Below, in pieces: positions 16,266 through 25,157 of a stretch of DNA of 64,000 nucleotides. The translations under genes were made by a program, and so were the position numbers. Location of the stretch: the sequence record MF327004; one strand, written 5' to 3'. The number at the start of each line of letters is the position of its first letter. Within the stretch, counting starts at the first letter, position 1. This stretch comes from Shigella phage Sf17. Below the pieces are notes generated by a model, which was given only the letters and a program-made list of their open reading frames with translations, was not told the origin of the DNA and did no database searches.

Positions 16266-16291
16266 GGGTTCGAATCCTCTATTCTGCACCA
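16215..16291 (+). tRNA. tRNA-Arg (anticodon ACG)
   Basis: Acceptor GCAGAAT/ATTCTGC, anticodon stem GCAAC/GTTGT loop ct-ACG-aa, T-loop TTCGAAT, CCA. Confidence 0.55.
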
Positions 16292-16309
16292 AATTTAATA
16301 GGTAACATT

Positions 16310-16537
16310 ATGTATAAACTCATAGTTGAAAAACATAAAGATGACCACAAGATTGAAACAGGTAGATTTGGAGATACTTTCTTTATAGCGGTTGGTTGGC
16401 AATGTGACCCGTTAGAAGTTAGAAAGATTGTTTATAACTTTGCTGGATTAGAACTTAAGCAAGCTATCTTCGAAACATCACTACCTGAAAATAAGGATAC
16501 TTGCAATAACGCATATATTCTTTCAAGAGTTCGTTAG
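16310..16537 (+). CDS. possible small protein (75 aa) between tRNA genes
   Basis: ORF fills the gap between two tRNAs; weak ribosome-binding site. Confidence 0.3.
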   Translation: MYKLIVEKHKDDHKIETGRFGDTFFIAVGWQCDPLEVRKIVYNFAGLELKQAIFETSLPENKDTCNNAYILSRVR

Positions 16538-16611
16538 GGGATTAGTTTACAAGGTTAAAACCTCGGTCTTTGAAATCGAAGAAGATGGTTCAATTCCATC
16601 ATCCCCCGCCA
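16536..16611 (+). tRNA. tRNA-Gln (anticodon TTG)
   Basis: Anticodon stem TCGGT/ATCGA loop ct-TTG-aa, T-arm GATGGTTCAATTCCATC, CCA; first acceptor pair mismatched. Confidence 0.5.
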
Positions 16612-16613
16612 AT

Positions 16614-16692
16614 GCTCCATTACTCCAATTGGCAGAGAGGCCAGATTTAAAATCTGTGTTATGTATCGGTTCGAATCCGATATGGAGTACCA
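16614..16692 (+). tRNA. tRNA with anticodon TAA (Leu-type anticodon; short variable arm in manual fold)
   Basis: Acceptor GCTCCAT/ATGGAGT, anticodon stem CCAGA/TCTGT loop tt-TAA-aa, T-arm ATCGGTTCGAATCCGAT, CCA. Confidence 0.4.
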
Positions 16693-16698
16693 AATATT

Positions 16699-16774
16699 AG
16701 CAGTATAGCATAACTGGCAATGCTCCAGCCTCTGAAGCTGAAAGATTAAGGTTCAAATCCTTATACTGCTGCCA
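16699..16774 (+). tRNA. tRNA-Gln (anticodon CTG)
   Basis: Acceptor AGCAGTA/TACTGCT, D-arm GCATaactggcaaTGC, anticodon loop ct-CTG-aa, T-arm TAAGGTTCAAATCCTTA, CCA. Confidence 0.55.
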
Positions 16775-16805
16775 CTTCTAAGGGTTCTTACGAGAGTCCT
16801 TAAAT

Positions 16806-16882
16806 GTGGCCTTATCATAAATGGATAATGACCCATGCTGTGAACATGGTCTATACGGGTTCGATTCCCGTAGGTCACCCCA
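16806..16882 (+). tRNA. tRNA-His (anticodon GTG)
   Basis: Acceptor GTGGCCT/AGGTCAC, anticodon stem CCATG/CATGG loop ct-GTG-aa, T-arm ACGGGTTCGATTCCCGT, CCA. Confidence 0.6.
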
Positions 16883-16888
16883 ATTTAA

Positions 16889-16966
16889 TAGCTCAATTAG
16901 CTTATATGGTTAAAGCGCGTGTCTGAAAAACATGAGAACAGGGTTCAAATCCCGATGGGCTACCAA
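16889..16966 (+). tRNA. tRNA, tentatively Phe (anticodon GAA); imperfect T-stem
   Basis: Acceptor TAGCTCA/TGGGCTA, D-stem GCTT/AAGC, anticodon loop ct-GAA-aa, T-loop TTCAAAT. Confidence 0.4.
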
Positions 16967-16981
16967 CTTTATAGGTGCATA

Positions 16982-17716
16982 ATGAAAGAGATGACAGAAC
17001 AAAGTAAAGAGATTTTTAATCTCCTTAAAGCTGGTAATGGTTTCTCAAACCCTCTTATTACTGGTGCAGCAGTTCTTGGTGGTACTATAGCTGCCTCTCA
17101 ATCATTAGTTAACTCAATTAGTTCTGTAACAGACCCAGCTACACAACAGATTTTAGTTGCTGCTGGACTGACAACAGCCTTATTAGGAAGCTTCACAACA
17201 AGCCTTGGAAGTACAACTTCAACGACAAGTACACTTACTGAGTATGGACAAAAGTCTGTAGATGAGTTTTCACAACGTATGCAAGTAGCCAAAGGTTACT
17301 CTAACGTTATGGGAGCAGCAGGTGAACAGGTTGGATGTACACCATTTAGCGGTATCATGGGCGTAGCTACCGAGTACGGTAATAAAGCGATGGATTTGAT
17401 TAATACCTCCATAGACGCTGTAAATGGCGTTCTAAGCGATTTGCAAGATGCAATCGACCAAGGACTAGATACAATCTCTGAACTCGCTACACAGGCCGTT
17501 ACAGCAATTAATGAGGGTATTGCAAAGATTACTGCATATGCTAATGAAGTAACTCAGATGATTGCAGATGAAGCAGCACTGATTGCAGAATACCTGAAAA
17601 CAAATATTAATGGTTTCCTTGCGAATGTTCTACCAAGCTGGTTTGATGATTCATGTAAAACTGGTGTGATTGATACTATCGCAACTCCAGAGATGAAAGA
17701 AGCTCTGAACAAATAA
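16982..17716 (+). CDS. hypothetical Ala/Thr/Ser-rich protein embedded in the tRNA array (start trimmed from 16919)
   Basis: ORF-track start at 16919 is a GTG inside the preceding tRNA; first ATG clear of the tRNA is 16982. Confidence 0.45.
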   Translation: MKEMTEQSKEIFNLLKAGNGFSNPLITGAAVLGGTIAASQSLVNSISSVTDPATQQILVAAGLTTALLGSFTTSLGSTTSTTSTLTEYGQKSVDEFSQRMQVAKGYSNVMGAAGEQVGCTPFSGIMGVATEYGNKAMDLINTSIDAVNGVLSDLQDAIDQGLDTISELATQAVTAINEGIAKITAYANEVTQMIADEAALIAEYLKTNINGFLANVLPSWFDDSCKTGVIDTIATPEMKEALNK

Positions 17717-17717
17717 T

Positions 17718-17810
17718 GGAAGATTAACCCTAAAAGGTAAGGGAGCAGTTTGCTAAACTGCCAGTAACCGAGAAATCGGCGTACCAGTTCAAGTCTGGTA
17801 TCTTCCTCCA
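17718..17810 (+). tRNA. tRNA-Ser (anticodon GCT), long variable arm
   Basis: Acceptor GGAAGAT/ATCTTCC, anticodon stem GCAGT/ACTGC loop tt-GCT-aa, extra arm, T-arm ACCAGTTCAAGTCTGGT, CCA. Confidence 0.6.
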
Positions 17811-17816
17811 AATTAT

Positions 17817-17892
17817 GTGTCGGTGTCAGAAATGGTTATGTGCCTGTCTGCAAAACAGGTTTATGAGGGTTCGAGTCCCTTCCGATACTCCA
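17817..17892 (+). tRNA. tRNA-Cys (anticodon GCA)
   Basis: Acceptor GTGTCGG/CCGATAC, anticodon stem CCTGT/ACAGG loop ct-GCA-aa, T-arm GAGGGTTCGAGTCCCTT, CCA. Confidence 0.6.
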
Positions 17893-17924
17893 ATTTATAT
17901 TAATATCTCTCTCAAAGTTATTAT

Positions 17925-17984
17925 GCCCTGCTATGAGTATTCTCCCTTTCGCTACCGGAGAGTATTTTTAGACAGGGCTTTTTT
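17925..17984 (+). terminator. rho-independent terminator closing the tRNA array
   Basis: Long hairpin GCCCTG...CAGGGC with inner stem, followed by TTTTTT. Confidence 0.6.
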
Positions 17985-18049
17985 ATAGAGTTATACTTTA
18001 TAGGAAGACCTATACAGTATGTCTCTGGCATACATTGTGGTTTCTCCTT

Positions 18050-18073
18050 GACGGTCTCTGCACCGTCTTTTTT
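18050..18073 (+). terminator. second rho-independent terminator before late operon
   Basis: GACGGT-ctctgc-ACCGTC followed by TTTTTT. Confidence 0.5.
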
Positions 18074-18111
18074 CAGGAGAATCACTATAACTTTAATTTT
18101 GGAGAAATACA

Positions 18112-18318
18112 ATGAACGAGACTAATGTTTACAAAGAACTATATGAAACTCAGAAACAGGCTCAGATGCTTCAAGCAACTGTAATGGCTGTGGCTGAACG
18201 TTTAATTGTTGCAACTGGTATTAACCCACAAGAAGCAACGATGGATAAACTTCTTAATTTAGTAGATGAAAAGTTTGGTGTAGAACCTAAACAGGAATCT
18301 GAAGAAGTTTCTGAATAA
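18112..18318 (+). CDS. hypothetical small protein preceding terminase (68 aa)
   Basis: GGAG ribosome-binding site 8 nt upstream; first gene of late operon. Confidence 0.45.
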   Translation: MNETNVYKELYETQKQAQMLQATVMAVAERLIVATGINPQEATMDKLLNLVDEKFGVEPKQESEEVSE

Positions 18319-18324
18319 TTCTAT

Positions 18325-19941
18325 TTGCAGAGGTGCTTAATGGACTTAAATGTTATTAAGCAGAAGCGAGTGGAAGATGTAAGGAAAGTCCTAGCAGGTG
18401 AGTTGGGGCTTTCTGAAGAAGTAAAAGATATTATCAAATCCTTTGGTAAAGACCCCTCTAAATTCCTTCCAACTCAAATTCTGACTTTATTAAGATACAC
18501 CCCAGACCAAGTAAGACTCATCTTTAAATTGATGACTGACAAGAACTATGTAGCTCCACAGCCTGGCTCTCAAGAGGTATTCTTGAACACTAATGCTGAC
18601 TTGGTACTATATGGTGGTGCTGCTGGTGCTGGTAAGACTGCTGCCCTTTTAATGGACTCACTAAGGTTTATTGAAGACCCAAACTATAACGCTGTTTATT
18701 TCCGTCGAAATACAACACAGTTACAAGGTGGTCTGTGGCCTGCGGCTAAAAAGTTATTTGGTAAGTTTGGTGGAGTTCCACATGAACAGAAAATGACTAT
18801 TACTTTCCCTTCTGGAGCAACTATCAAGTTTACTTATTTGGAACTTGAGAAACACTCAGAAGGTCACCAAGGTATCGAATACTCAGCTATTTATTTCGAC
18901 GAAGGTACACACTTCTCGGCTTCACAGATTTCATATCTTCAGACACGTTTACGTTCTGGTGCTGAAGGTGACTCATATATGAAAATCTCAATGAACCCAG
19001 ATAGAGACCACTTTATTTATGATTGGGTAGAACCTTTCCTAGATGATGCTGGATATCCAGACCCAGAGAAGTGCGGCAGGATTCGTTGGTATGTTATGAA
19101 TGATGGTGTCATGGTTTCTGATTGGGATAGAGATAAAATTCTTGAAATGTTCCCTCTTGAGATTCCTCAAACATATACCTTTATTTCCGGTACAATCGAT
19201 GACAACCCTATTCTAGATTTCCTTGAACCTAAGTATCGTGGTAAATTAGAAAACAACACACCAGTTAACGTTGCACGTTTACGTTTTGGTAACTGGAAAG
19301 CTCGTGCTGAAGGTTCAAACTACTGGCAAAGACAATGGTGTGAAATTGTTGATAGTGTTCCAGCAGACGTATTTGACGTAAGAGCATGGGACTTAGCAGC
19401 AACATTACCTTCTGAGGTTAACCCTAACCCTGACTGGACAGCAGGTGTTAAAATGGGTAAATCTAAAAAAGATGGTTGCTATTATGTGATTAACGTAGTA
19501 AGATTTAGAGATAGACCTTCTGGAGTTGAAACACAAATTAACCAAACTGCTGAAGGTGATGGTAAGCGCACAGGTATTTTTATCCCTCAAGACCCCGGCG
19601 CTGCTGGTAAATCCTACGCAACCTCCCTTATTAGAAAACTTGCTGAGAAAGGTTTCCGAGCAAGAGCTAAACCAACAAATAAAGATAAAGTCACCCGTTT
19701 TGCGGGTTTCTCTGCTGCTTCTGAAGCAGGACTTGTCAAAATTGTTAGAGGCTCTTGGAATGAAGCATATTTCCAAGAACTAGAAGGTTTTTGTGGTGAT
19801 GGTCGTACTAAGGATGACCAAGTGGATGCTACCAGTGATGCTTTCAACAGTCTAAACGAAGTTAAACTATTCAAGCCACCTTCAATGGGTGCTCATACAG
19901 ATATTATGAAGAGTAATCCATATCAGGGGCTAAGACGATAA
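18325..19941 (+). CDS. terminase large subunit
   Basis: Walker A LYGGAAGAGKT, Walker B-like AIYFDEGTH, C-terminal acidic nuclease-like region; 538 aa at head of structural operon. Confidence 0.8.
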   Translation: MQRCLMDLNVIKQKRVEDVRKVLAGELGLSEEVKDIIKSFGKDPSKFLPTQILTLLRYTPDQVRLIFKLMTDKNYVAPQPGSQEVFLNTNADLVLYGGAAGAGKTAALLMDSLRFIEDPNYNAVYFRRNTTQLQGGLWPAAKKLFGKFGGVPHEQKMTITFPSGATIKFTYLELEKHSEGHQGIEYSAIYFDEGTHFSASQISYLQTRLRSGAEGDSYMKISMNPDRDHFIYDWVEPFLDDAGYPDPEKCGRIRWYVMNDGVMVSDWDRDKILEMFPLEIPQTYTFISGTIDDNPILDFLEPKYRGKLENNTPVNVARLRFGNWKARAEGSNYWQRQWCEIVDSVPADVFDVRAWDLAATLPSEVNPNPDWTAGVKMGKSKKDGCYYVINVVRFRDRPSGVETQINQTAEGDGKRTGIFIPQDPGAAGKSYATSLIRKLAEKGFRARAKPTNKDKVTRFAGFSAASEAGLVKIVRGSWNEAYFQELEGFCGDGRTKDDQVDATSDAFNSLNEVKLFKPPSMGAHTDIMKSNPYQGLRR

Positions 19942-19953
19942 TAGGTAGAAAGA

Positions 19954-21420
19954 ATGGCAGATATCACAGAAACACAAGAAAGCCTTCCTCCATTCAGAAT
20001 GGGTGAGGTTGGGAGTCTTGGCCTTAAAGTTCGCTCAGGAAGAATCTATGAAGAACCTAGACAGGCTTTAAGATTCCCAGAAAGTATTAAGACTTTCCAA
20101 CTTATGATGAGAGACCCTTCAGTAGCAGCCTCTGTAAATATTATTAAGATGTTTGTCAGAAAGGTTAACTGGAGATTCGTACCACCGAAGGGAAAAGAGA
20201 AAGATGCCAAGATGATTGAAAGGGCTAATTTCTTTAACTCACTAATGAATGACATGGAGCACGATTGGGCTGACTTTATTAACTCTGTAATGTCATTCTG
20301 TACTTACGGTTTCTGTGTAAACGAGAAAGTTTATAAGAAACGTCAAGGTAAGAAAGGTAAGTACCCTTCAAAATATAATGATGGTTTAATTGGTTGGGCT
20401 AAATTACCAATCCGTAATCAGACTACATTAGACAAATGGTACTTTGACTCTGACTATAGAAAAGTTATTGGTGTTAGACAGAACCTGCGTAATGTTTCCC
20501 ATATTGCAGGAGCAATTAATCTTGGTGAACAACCATTGACAAGAAAGCTTCCTAGAAGTAAATTCTTATTGTTCAAGTATGACGATGAATATGGAAACCC
20601 AGAGGGACGTTCACCATTGCTTAATGCTTATGTTCCTTGGAAATACAAAGTTCAAATTGAAGAGTTTGAAGCAGTTGGTGTTTCCAGAGACTTAGTAGGT
20701 ATGCCAAAGATTGGTCTTCCACCTGATTACTTAGGTGAAGATGCAGAACCTGAAAAGAAAGCTTTTGTTAAATACTGCCAAGAAGTAGTAAATGATTTAA
20801 TTGCTAATGACAGAGCAGGTTTAATTTGGCCTAGATTTATCGACCCAGAAACTAAAGAAGATATCTTTGAGTTCTCATTAGTTTCTCGACAGGGTGCTAA
20901 AGCTTATGATACAGGTTCTATCATTGATAGATACTCTAAGCAGATTATGATGGCGTTTATGTCTGATGTTCTTGCTATGGGACAGTCAAAATATGGCTCG
21001 TTCTCTCTGGCAGATTCTAAGACAAGCTTACTGGCAATGTCAGTGGATATTCTGCTGAAGCAAGTGAAGAATGTAATTAACCGTGATTTGGTTGCTCAGA
21101 CTTATGCACTAAATATGTGGGATGATGAAGAACACGTAGAAATTGTGTACGATGATATTGAGACACCAGACCTTGAAGCTATTGCATCATTCATTCAGAA
21201 AACAGTTGCAGTTGGTGCTCTGGAAGTTGACAAGCCATTGTCTGACAAGCTTAGAGAATATCTTGACCTTGAACCTGCTGATGAGTCTAAACCAGTATCT
21301 GAGAAACTATCTCCAAACACTCAAAGTCGTTCTGGTGATGGTTATCAAACTGCTGGAGAAGGGACTGCTAATACTCCTTCAGCTAAAGACCCAAGTACAG
21401 CTAATAAGGCAAACAAATAA
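19954..21420 (+). CDS. portal protein (putative)
   Basis: 488-aa ORF directly after terminase; acidic C-terminal region; assignment by synteny and size. Confidence 0.6.
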   Translation: MADITETQESLPPFRMGEVGSLGLKVRSGRIYEEPRQALRFPESIKTFQLMMRDPSVAASVNIIKMFVRKVNWRFVPPKGKEKDAKMIERANFFNSLMNDMEHDWADFINSVMSFCTYGFCVNEKVYKKRQGKKGKYPSKYNDGLIGWAKLPIRNQTTLDKWYFDSDYRKVIGVRQNLRNVSHIAGAINLGEQPLTRKLPRSKFLLFKYDDEYGNPEGRSPLLNAYVPWKYKVQIEEFEAVGVSRDLVGMPKIGLPPDYLGEDAEPEKKAFVKYCQEVVNDLIANDRAGLIWPRFIDPETKEDIFEFSLVSRQGAKAYDTGSIIDRYSKQIMMAFMSDVLAMGQSKYGSFSLADSKTSLLAMSVDILLKQVKNVINRDLVAQTYALNMWDDEEHVEIVYDDIETPDLEAIASFIQKTVAVGALEVDKPLSDKLREYLDLEPADESKPVSEKLSPNTQSRSGDGYQTAGEGTANTPSAKDPSTANKANK

Positions 21421-21920
21421 TGGCAGAAGTTATCTCTATTTCCAATGCTACGCGAGTGCATTCTTATAGAGGTGTCTTAATTATCACTGATGAATTAACT
21501 GTAGAGGCTGGCTCAAGGGTCAGCCTTTCAGGGTATGTTAGTGATGGTGGAACCTCTGACGTTTTCACTATTTGCAGGTTACTTGATGCTCCAATGAGCG
21601 GAAAACAGTTTATTTCAAACAATTGTAACGAAATTGTTAAAATTCCATTTGACAGTTCATGCCTTTTGGGTGTAAAGTTATATAACTGTGAGAATAAACG
21701 TGTTAACGTTAATAGTGTTGAAGCTGCATTCATTACCATTGATACAGCATTTCAATCTCCAATGACAGTAAATAAAGAGTCTAACAGACTTGAGTACATT
21801 TTTTCACAAAATGATTACAAAGTACTTGTCAAAGGTAAAGTTTATGATATGATTGTAAATGTGGTAGATGAATCTGGTAACCATTCAACAATCCTTAAAC
21901 AAAAAGTAAGGTTTAATTAA
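21420..21920 (+). CDS. hypothetical head-region protein (166 aa)
   Basis: ORF with start overlapping portal stop. Confidence 0.45.
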   Translation: MAEVISISNATRVHSYRGVLIITDELTVEAGSRVSLSGYVSDGGTSDVFTICRLLDAPMSGKQFISNNCNEIVKIPFDSSCLLGVKLYNCENKRVNVNSVEAAFITIDTAFQSPMTVNKESNRLEYIFSQNDYKVLVKGKVYDMIVNVVDESGNHSTILKQKVRFN

Positions 21921-22252
21921 TGGGAACATTAACGATTGATGGTAAGAATAAAATCCTAGCCACACTAACCCCGACAACTATTGTATTACACAATGTAGAC
22001 CCAACGGCAGACCCTACAGCAAACAAGGTTACTCAGCCAGTGGCTATCTTCTTCTCAGAACCTAATAATGGATTAATTGCTTCAGAAGACACAGTTAATA
22101 TTACTGTTCCGGCTTCTGCTACAGTTTCTCATTTTAGCTTATGGGATGACAACTCTAAGTGCGTGGCAACAGGTGCTCTAAGTAGCCCTCAGTTCTTTGC
22201 TGAAGAAGGAATTTATGTTATCTCTTCAGTATCCATTGACTTAAATAAATAG
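21920..22252 (+). CDS. hypothetical head-region protein (110 aa)
   Basis: ORF with start overlapping previous stop. Confidence 0.45.
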   Translation: MGTLTIDGKNKILATLTPTTIVLHNVDPTADPTANKVTQPVAIFFSEPNNGLIASEDTVNITVPASATVSHFSLWDDNSKCVATGALSSPQFFAEEGIYVISSVSIDLNK

Positions 22253-22263
22253 GGTGAGTAAAA

Positions 22264-23610
22264 ATGAGTTCGAATATCTTCAGACTTGCTGACAGATTAT
22301 TCAACCAACCTTTACTAGCTACAGAATCATTAGCCCACTCAGCAGCGACTTATGTTAATAACCGCTTGTTAGGTGAGGTACAAGCAGCAGTAAACTTCGA
22401 TAAGCCAAAAGGTGAAGCAAGAAGTCTTTTAAAAGTTAAAGAAGACATTGCTATCATCCCTATTATGGGTGGCCTAACACATCGTATGACCTTCATGGAT
22501 GCAATGTGTACTGGTGGACTAAGTTCTTATGAAGGTTTACGCAGAGGCTTTGACGAAGCCCTAGCAGACGAGTCTATTAAGACTATCGTGCTGCACGTTG
22601 ATTCAGGTGGTGGTGAAGCGTCAGGTTGTTTTGAGTTGGCACGTCACATCATGGCTTCAAGAGGCCAAAAGAAAATTATTGCTTATGTAGATGAGTTTGC
22701 TTGCTCTGCTGCATACGCTCTTGCATCTTCCGCTGAAGAAATTATTGCATCACCAGATGCAGATGTTGGTTCAATTGGTGTGATTATGGTTCACCAAGAA
22801 TTAACTAAAGCATTTGAAAAGAATGGCGTAACTATTAACGTTATTAAAGCTGGTGAATTTAAAGGTATGGGTTCCCCATTCCAAGCATTATCAGAAGAAA
22901 GCAAGAATAGACTTCAAAAGAGAATTGATGACACTTACAAGACTTTTACTAGTTTTGTTGCAGACTCACGTAATATCTCTGAAGAAGCTGTAAAGAATAC
23001 TGAGGCGAATGTTTATTCTGCTCAGGAAGCTCTTGAACTTGGTTTAATTAACTCTATCATGTCTCAAGATGATTTCTTAAATTACTTACAAGGTTCTGAA
23101 GAAGCTCCTGTAAGTTTAAACACAAACAATTCAGGTGAAGAAATGACTGAACAAGAAAAGCAAGAACTAGAAGCTCTGCGTCTTCAGGTTGCTCAAATGA
23201 AAGCTAAGGAACAGGAAACAGTTCTTACAGATTTAACTGGTAAGATTTCTGCATCTGCTGAAGCTTTTGGGTTTGATGCAAAAGAAGCTGCAACAGCTAT
23301 TTTAGGTGCTGGTCTTGACAACCCTCTGAGTGTTCTGTTTATGAATGCTATGGAAGGTGCTAACCAGAAACTTAATGAAACTATCGCGTCCCACGCTTCT
23401 GCCATGTCTGAGAAGGATTCTGAAATCACTAAGCTGAAAGAAACTGCTGGTGCTGTTCTGGAACACTCAAACGCTATGGAAGAACTTGGCAATGACGGCG
23501 AAGCAGAAGTGGATGACGGTAAAGACACCGCTCCAGAAGCAAATGCTAATGCTAACGCTGACCAACGCAAACTGGCTCTCCAGAATGCTTTGAAAACTCT
23601 TATCAAATAA
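22264..23610 (+). CDS. prohead protease (S49/ClpP-like) fused to scaffold-like coiled-coil C-terminal region
   Basis: S49-type motif FACSAAYALASSAEEIIASPDADVGSIGVIM in N-terminal half; C-terminal half Ala/Glu-rich and predicted helical. Confidence 0.65.
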   Translation: MSSNIFRLADRLFNQPLLATESLAHSAATYVNNRLLGEVQAAVNFDKPKGEARSLLKVKEDIAIIPIMGGLTHRMTFMDAMCTGGLSSYEGLRRGFDEALADESIKTIVLHVDSGGGEASGCFELARHIMASRGQKKIIAYVDEFACSAAYALASSAEEIIASPDADVGSIGVIMVHQELTKAFEKNGVTINVIKAGEFKGMGSPFQALSEESKNRLQKRIDDTYKTFTSFVADSRNISEEAVKNTEANVYSAQEALELGLINSIMSQDDFLNYLQGSEEAPVSLNTNNSGEEMTEQEKQELEALRLQVAQMKAKEQETVLTDLTGKISASAEAFGFDAKEAATAILGAGLDNPLSVLFMNAMEGANQKLNETIASHASAMSEKDSEITKLKETAGAVLEHSNAMEELGNDGEAEVDDGKDTAPEANANANADQRKLALQNALKTLIK

Positions 23611-23622
23611 GGAACACAAATA

Positions 23623-24000
23623 ATGGCATATCAAGGTTTTACTAAATTAGGTAACAGAGAACCTCTGAACGATATCATCCTTTGGGAACAGATTACACCA
23701 ACTGGTCACTCTCGTAAAGAGTACGCTCCAGTAGCCAGCACTGAATATCGTGTAGGTGAAGTTCTGAAAGCTGATGGTACTAAAGTCGCAGCAGGTGAAG
23801 AAGCTCAGGCAGATTCTGTATGTATCGTTAACTTCTACGCAGACCTACAACTGTCTTACCACGGTCAGTTAAAAGTTGTTGGTATTTACCGTGACGCTGA
23901 ACTGAAAGACATGCTAACTCTGGCAGATAGTGTTGATGCTGCTGCTGTCAAGTCTGCTCTTAAGGCGAAAGGTATTGATTTCGTCCCAACTGGCCTGTAA
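23623..24000 (+). CDS. putative head decoration protein (lambda gpD-like position)
   Basis: 125-aa ORF between protease/scaffold and major capsid gene; assignment by synteny only. Confidence 0.4.
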   Translation: MAYQGFTKLGNREPLNDIILWEQITPTGHSRKEYAPVASTEYRVGEVLKADGTKVAAGEEAQADSVCIVNFYADLQLSYHGQLKVVGIYRDAELKDMLTLADSVDAAAVKSALKAKGIDFVPTGL

Positions 24001-24031
24001 TTAATAATAAGACATTCTGGAGAATTTTACA

Positions 24032-25135
24032 ATGTTGACTAATTCTGAAAAAAGCAGATTTTTCCTTGCTGACTTAACTGGTGAAGTCCAGTCTATTCCA
24101 AATACTTACGGATATATCTCTGGTCTGGGACTGTTCCGTTCTGCTCCACAAACACAGACTACTTTCCTGATGGACTTGACTGATTGGGATATCAGTTTAC
24201 TGGATGCGGTAGACCGTACCAGCCGTAAAGCTGAGACTAGCGCTCCTGAGCGTGTTCGTCAGATTAGCTTCCCGATGATGTACTTCAAGGAAGTTGAAAG
24301 CATCACTCCTGATGAGATTCAGGGTGTTCGTCAGCCAGGCACTGCAAATGAACTGACTACTGAAGCAGTTGTACGTGCTAAGAAGCTGATGAAGATTCGT
24401 ACCAAGTTTGATATTACTCGTGAGTTCTTGTTTATGCAAGCTCTGAAGGGTAAAGTTATCGACGCTAACGGTGTTCTGTACGCAGACCTGTACAAGCAGT
24501 TCGATGTAACTAAGAAGACTATCTACTTCGACTTGGACAACCCGAACTCTGATATCGATGCGCACATTGAAGACCTGCGTATGCACATGGAAGATGAAGC
24601 TAAGACAGGCACTGTAATCAACGGTGAAGAAATTCACATCGTTGTTGACAGAACTTTCTTCAGCAAGCTTATCAAGCATCCTAAGATTCGTGACGCATAC
24701 CTTGCACAACAGACTCCGCTGGCTTGGCAACAGATTACTGGTTCTCTGAGAACTGGTGGTACTGACGGTGTTCAGGCTCACATGAACCGTTTCTACTACG
24801 GTGGTGTTGTATTCGTACAGTACAACGGTAAGTTCAAAGACAAGCGTGGCAAGACTCATACTCTGGTTAGCATTGATGGTGTATCTGATACTAATGTTGG
24901 TGTAGGTCACGCATTCCCTAACGTAGCAATGTTGGGTGAAGCTAACAACATCTTCGAAGTTGCTTACGCTCCATGTCCTAAGATGGGTTATGCAAACACT
25001 CTGGGTCAGGAACTGTATGTGTTCGAATATGAGAAAGACCGTGACGAAGGTATTGACTTCGAAGCCCACTCTTACATGCTGCCATACTGCACACGTCCTC
25101 AACTGCTTGTTGACGTTCGTTCAGACGCTGAGTAA
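24032..25135 (+). CDS. major capsid protein (putative, lambda gpE-like position)
   Basis: 367-aa ORF after protease and decoration genes; GGAG ribosome-binding site; assignment by synteny and size. Confidence 0.6.
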   Translation: MLTNSEKSRFFLADLTGEVQSIPNTYGYISGLGLFRSAPQTQTTFLMDLTDWDISLLDAVDRTSRKAETSAPERVRQISFPMMYFKEVESITPDEIQGVRQPGTANELTTEAVVRAKKLMKIRTKFDITREFLFMQALKGKVIDANGVLYADLYKQFDVTKKTIYFDLDNPNSDIDAHIEDLRMHMEDEAKTGTVINGEEIHIVVDRTFFSKLIKHPKIRDAYLAQQTPLAWQQITGSLRTGGTDGVQAHMNRFYYGGVVFVQYNGKFKDKRGKTHTLVSIDGVSDTNVGVGHAFPNVAMLGEANNIFEVAYAPCPKMGYANTLGQELYVFEYEKDRDEGIDFEAHSYMLPYCTRPQLLVDVRSDAE

Positions 25136-25157
25136 TAACTTGAAAGGAGGGTTATAA

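Noticed and set aside
16919-16981. GTG start giving a 265-aa version of the array-embedded protein
   Set aside because: The first 63 nt overlap the preceding tRNA; start moved to the first ATG after the tRNA (16982)
24197-25102. 301-aa minus-strand ORF antisense to the major capsid gene
   Set aside because: Lies entirely inside a well-supported plus-strand structural gene in a strictly co-directional operon, with no ribosome-binding site; the same applies to other antisense ORFs in the track (for example 31145-31489, 19405-19776, 39203-39520, 53426-53788)
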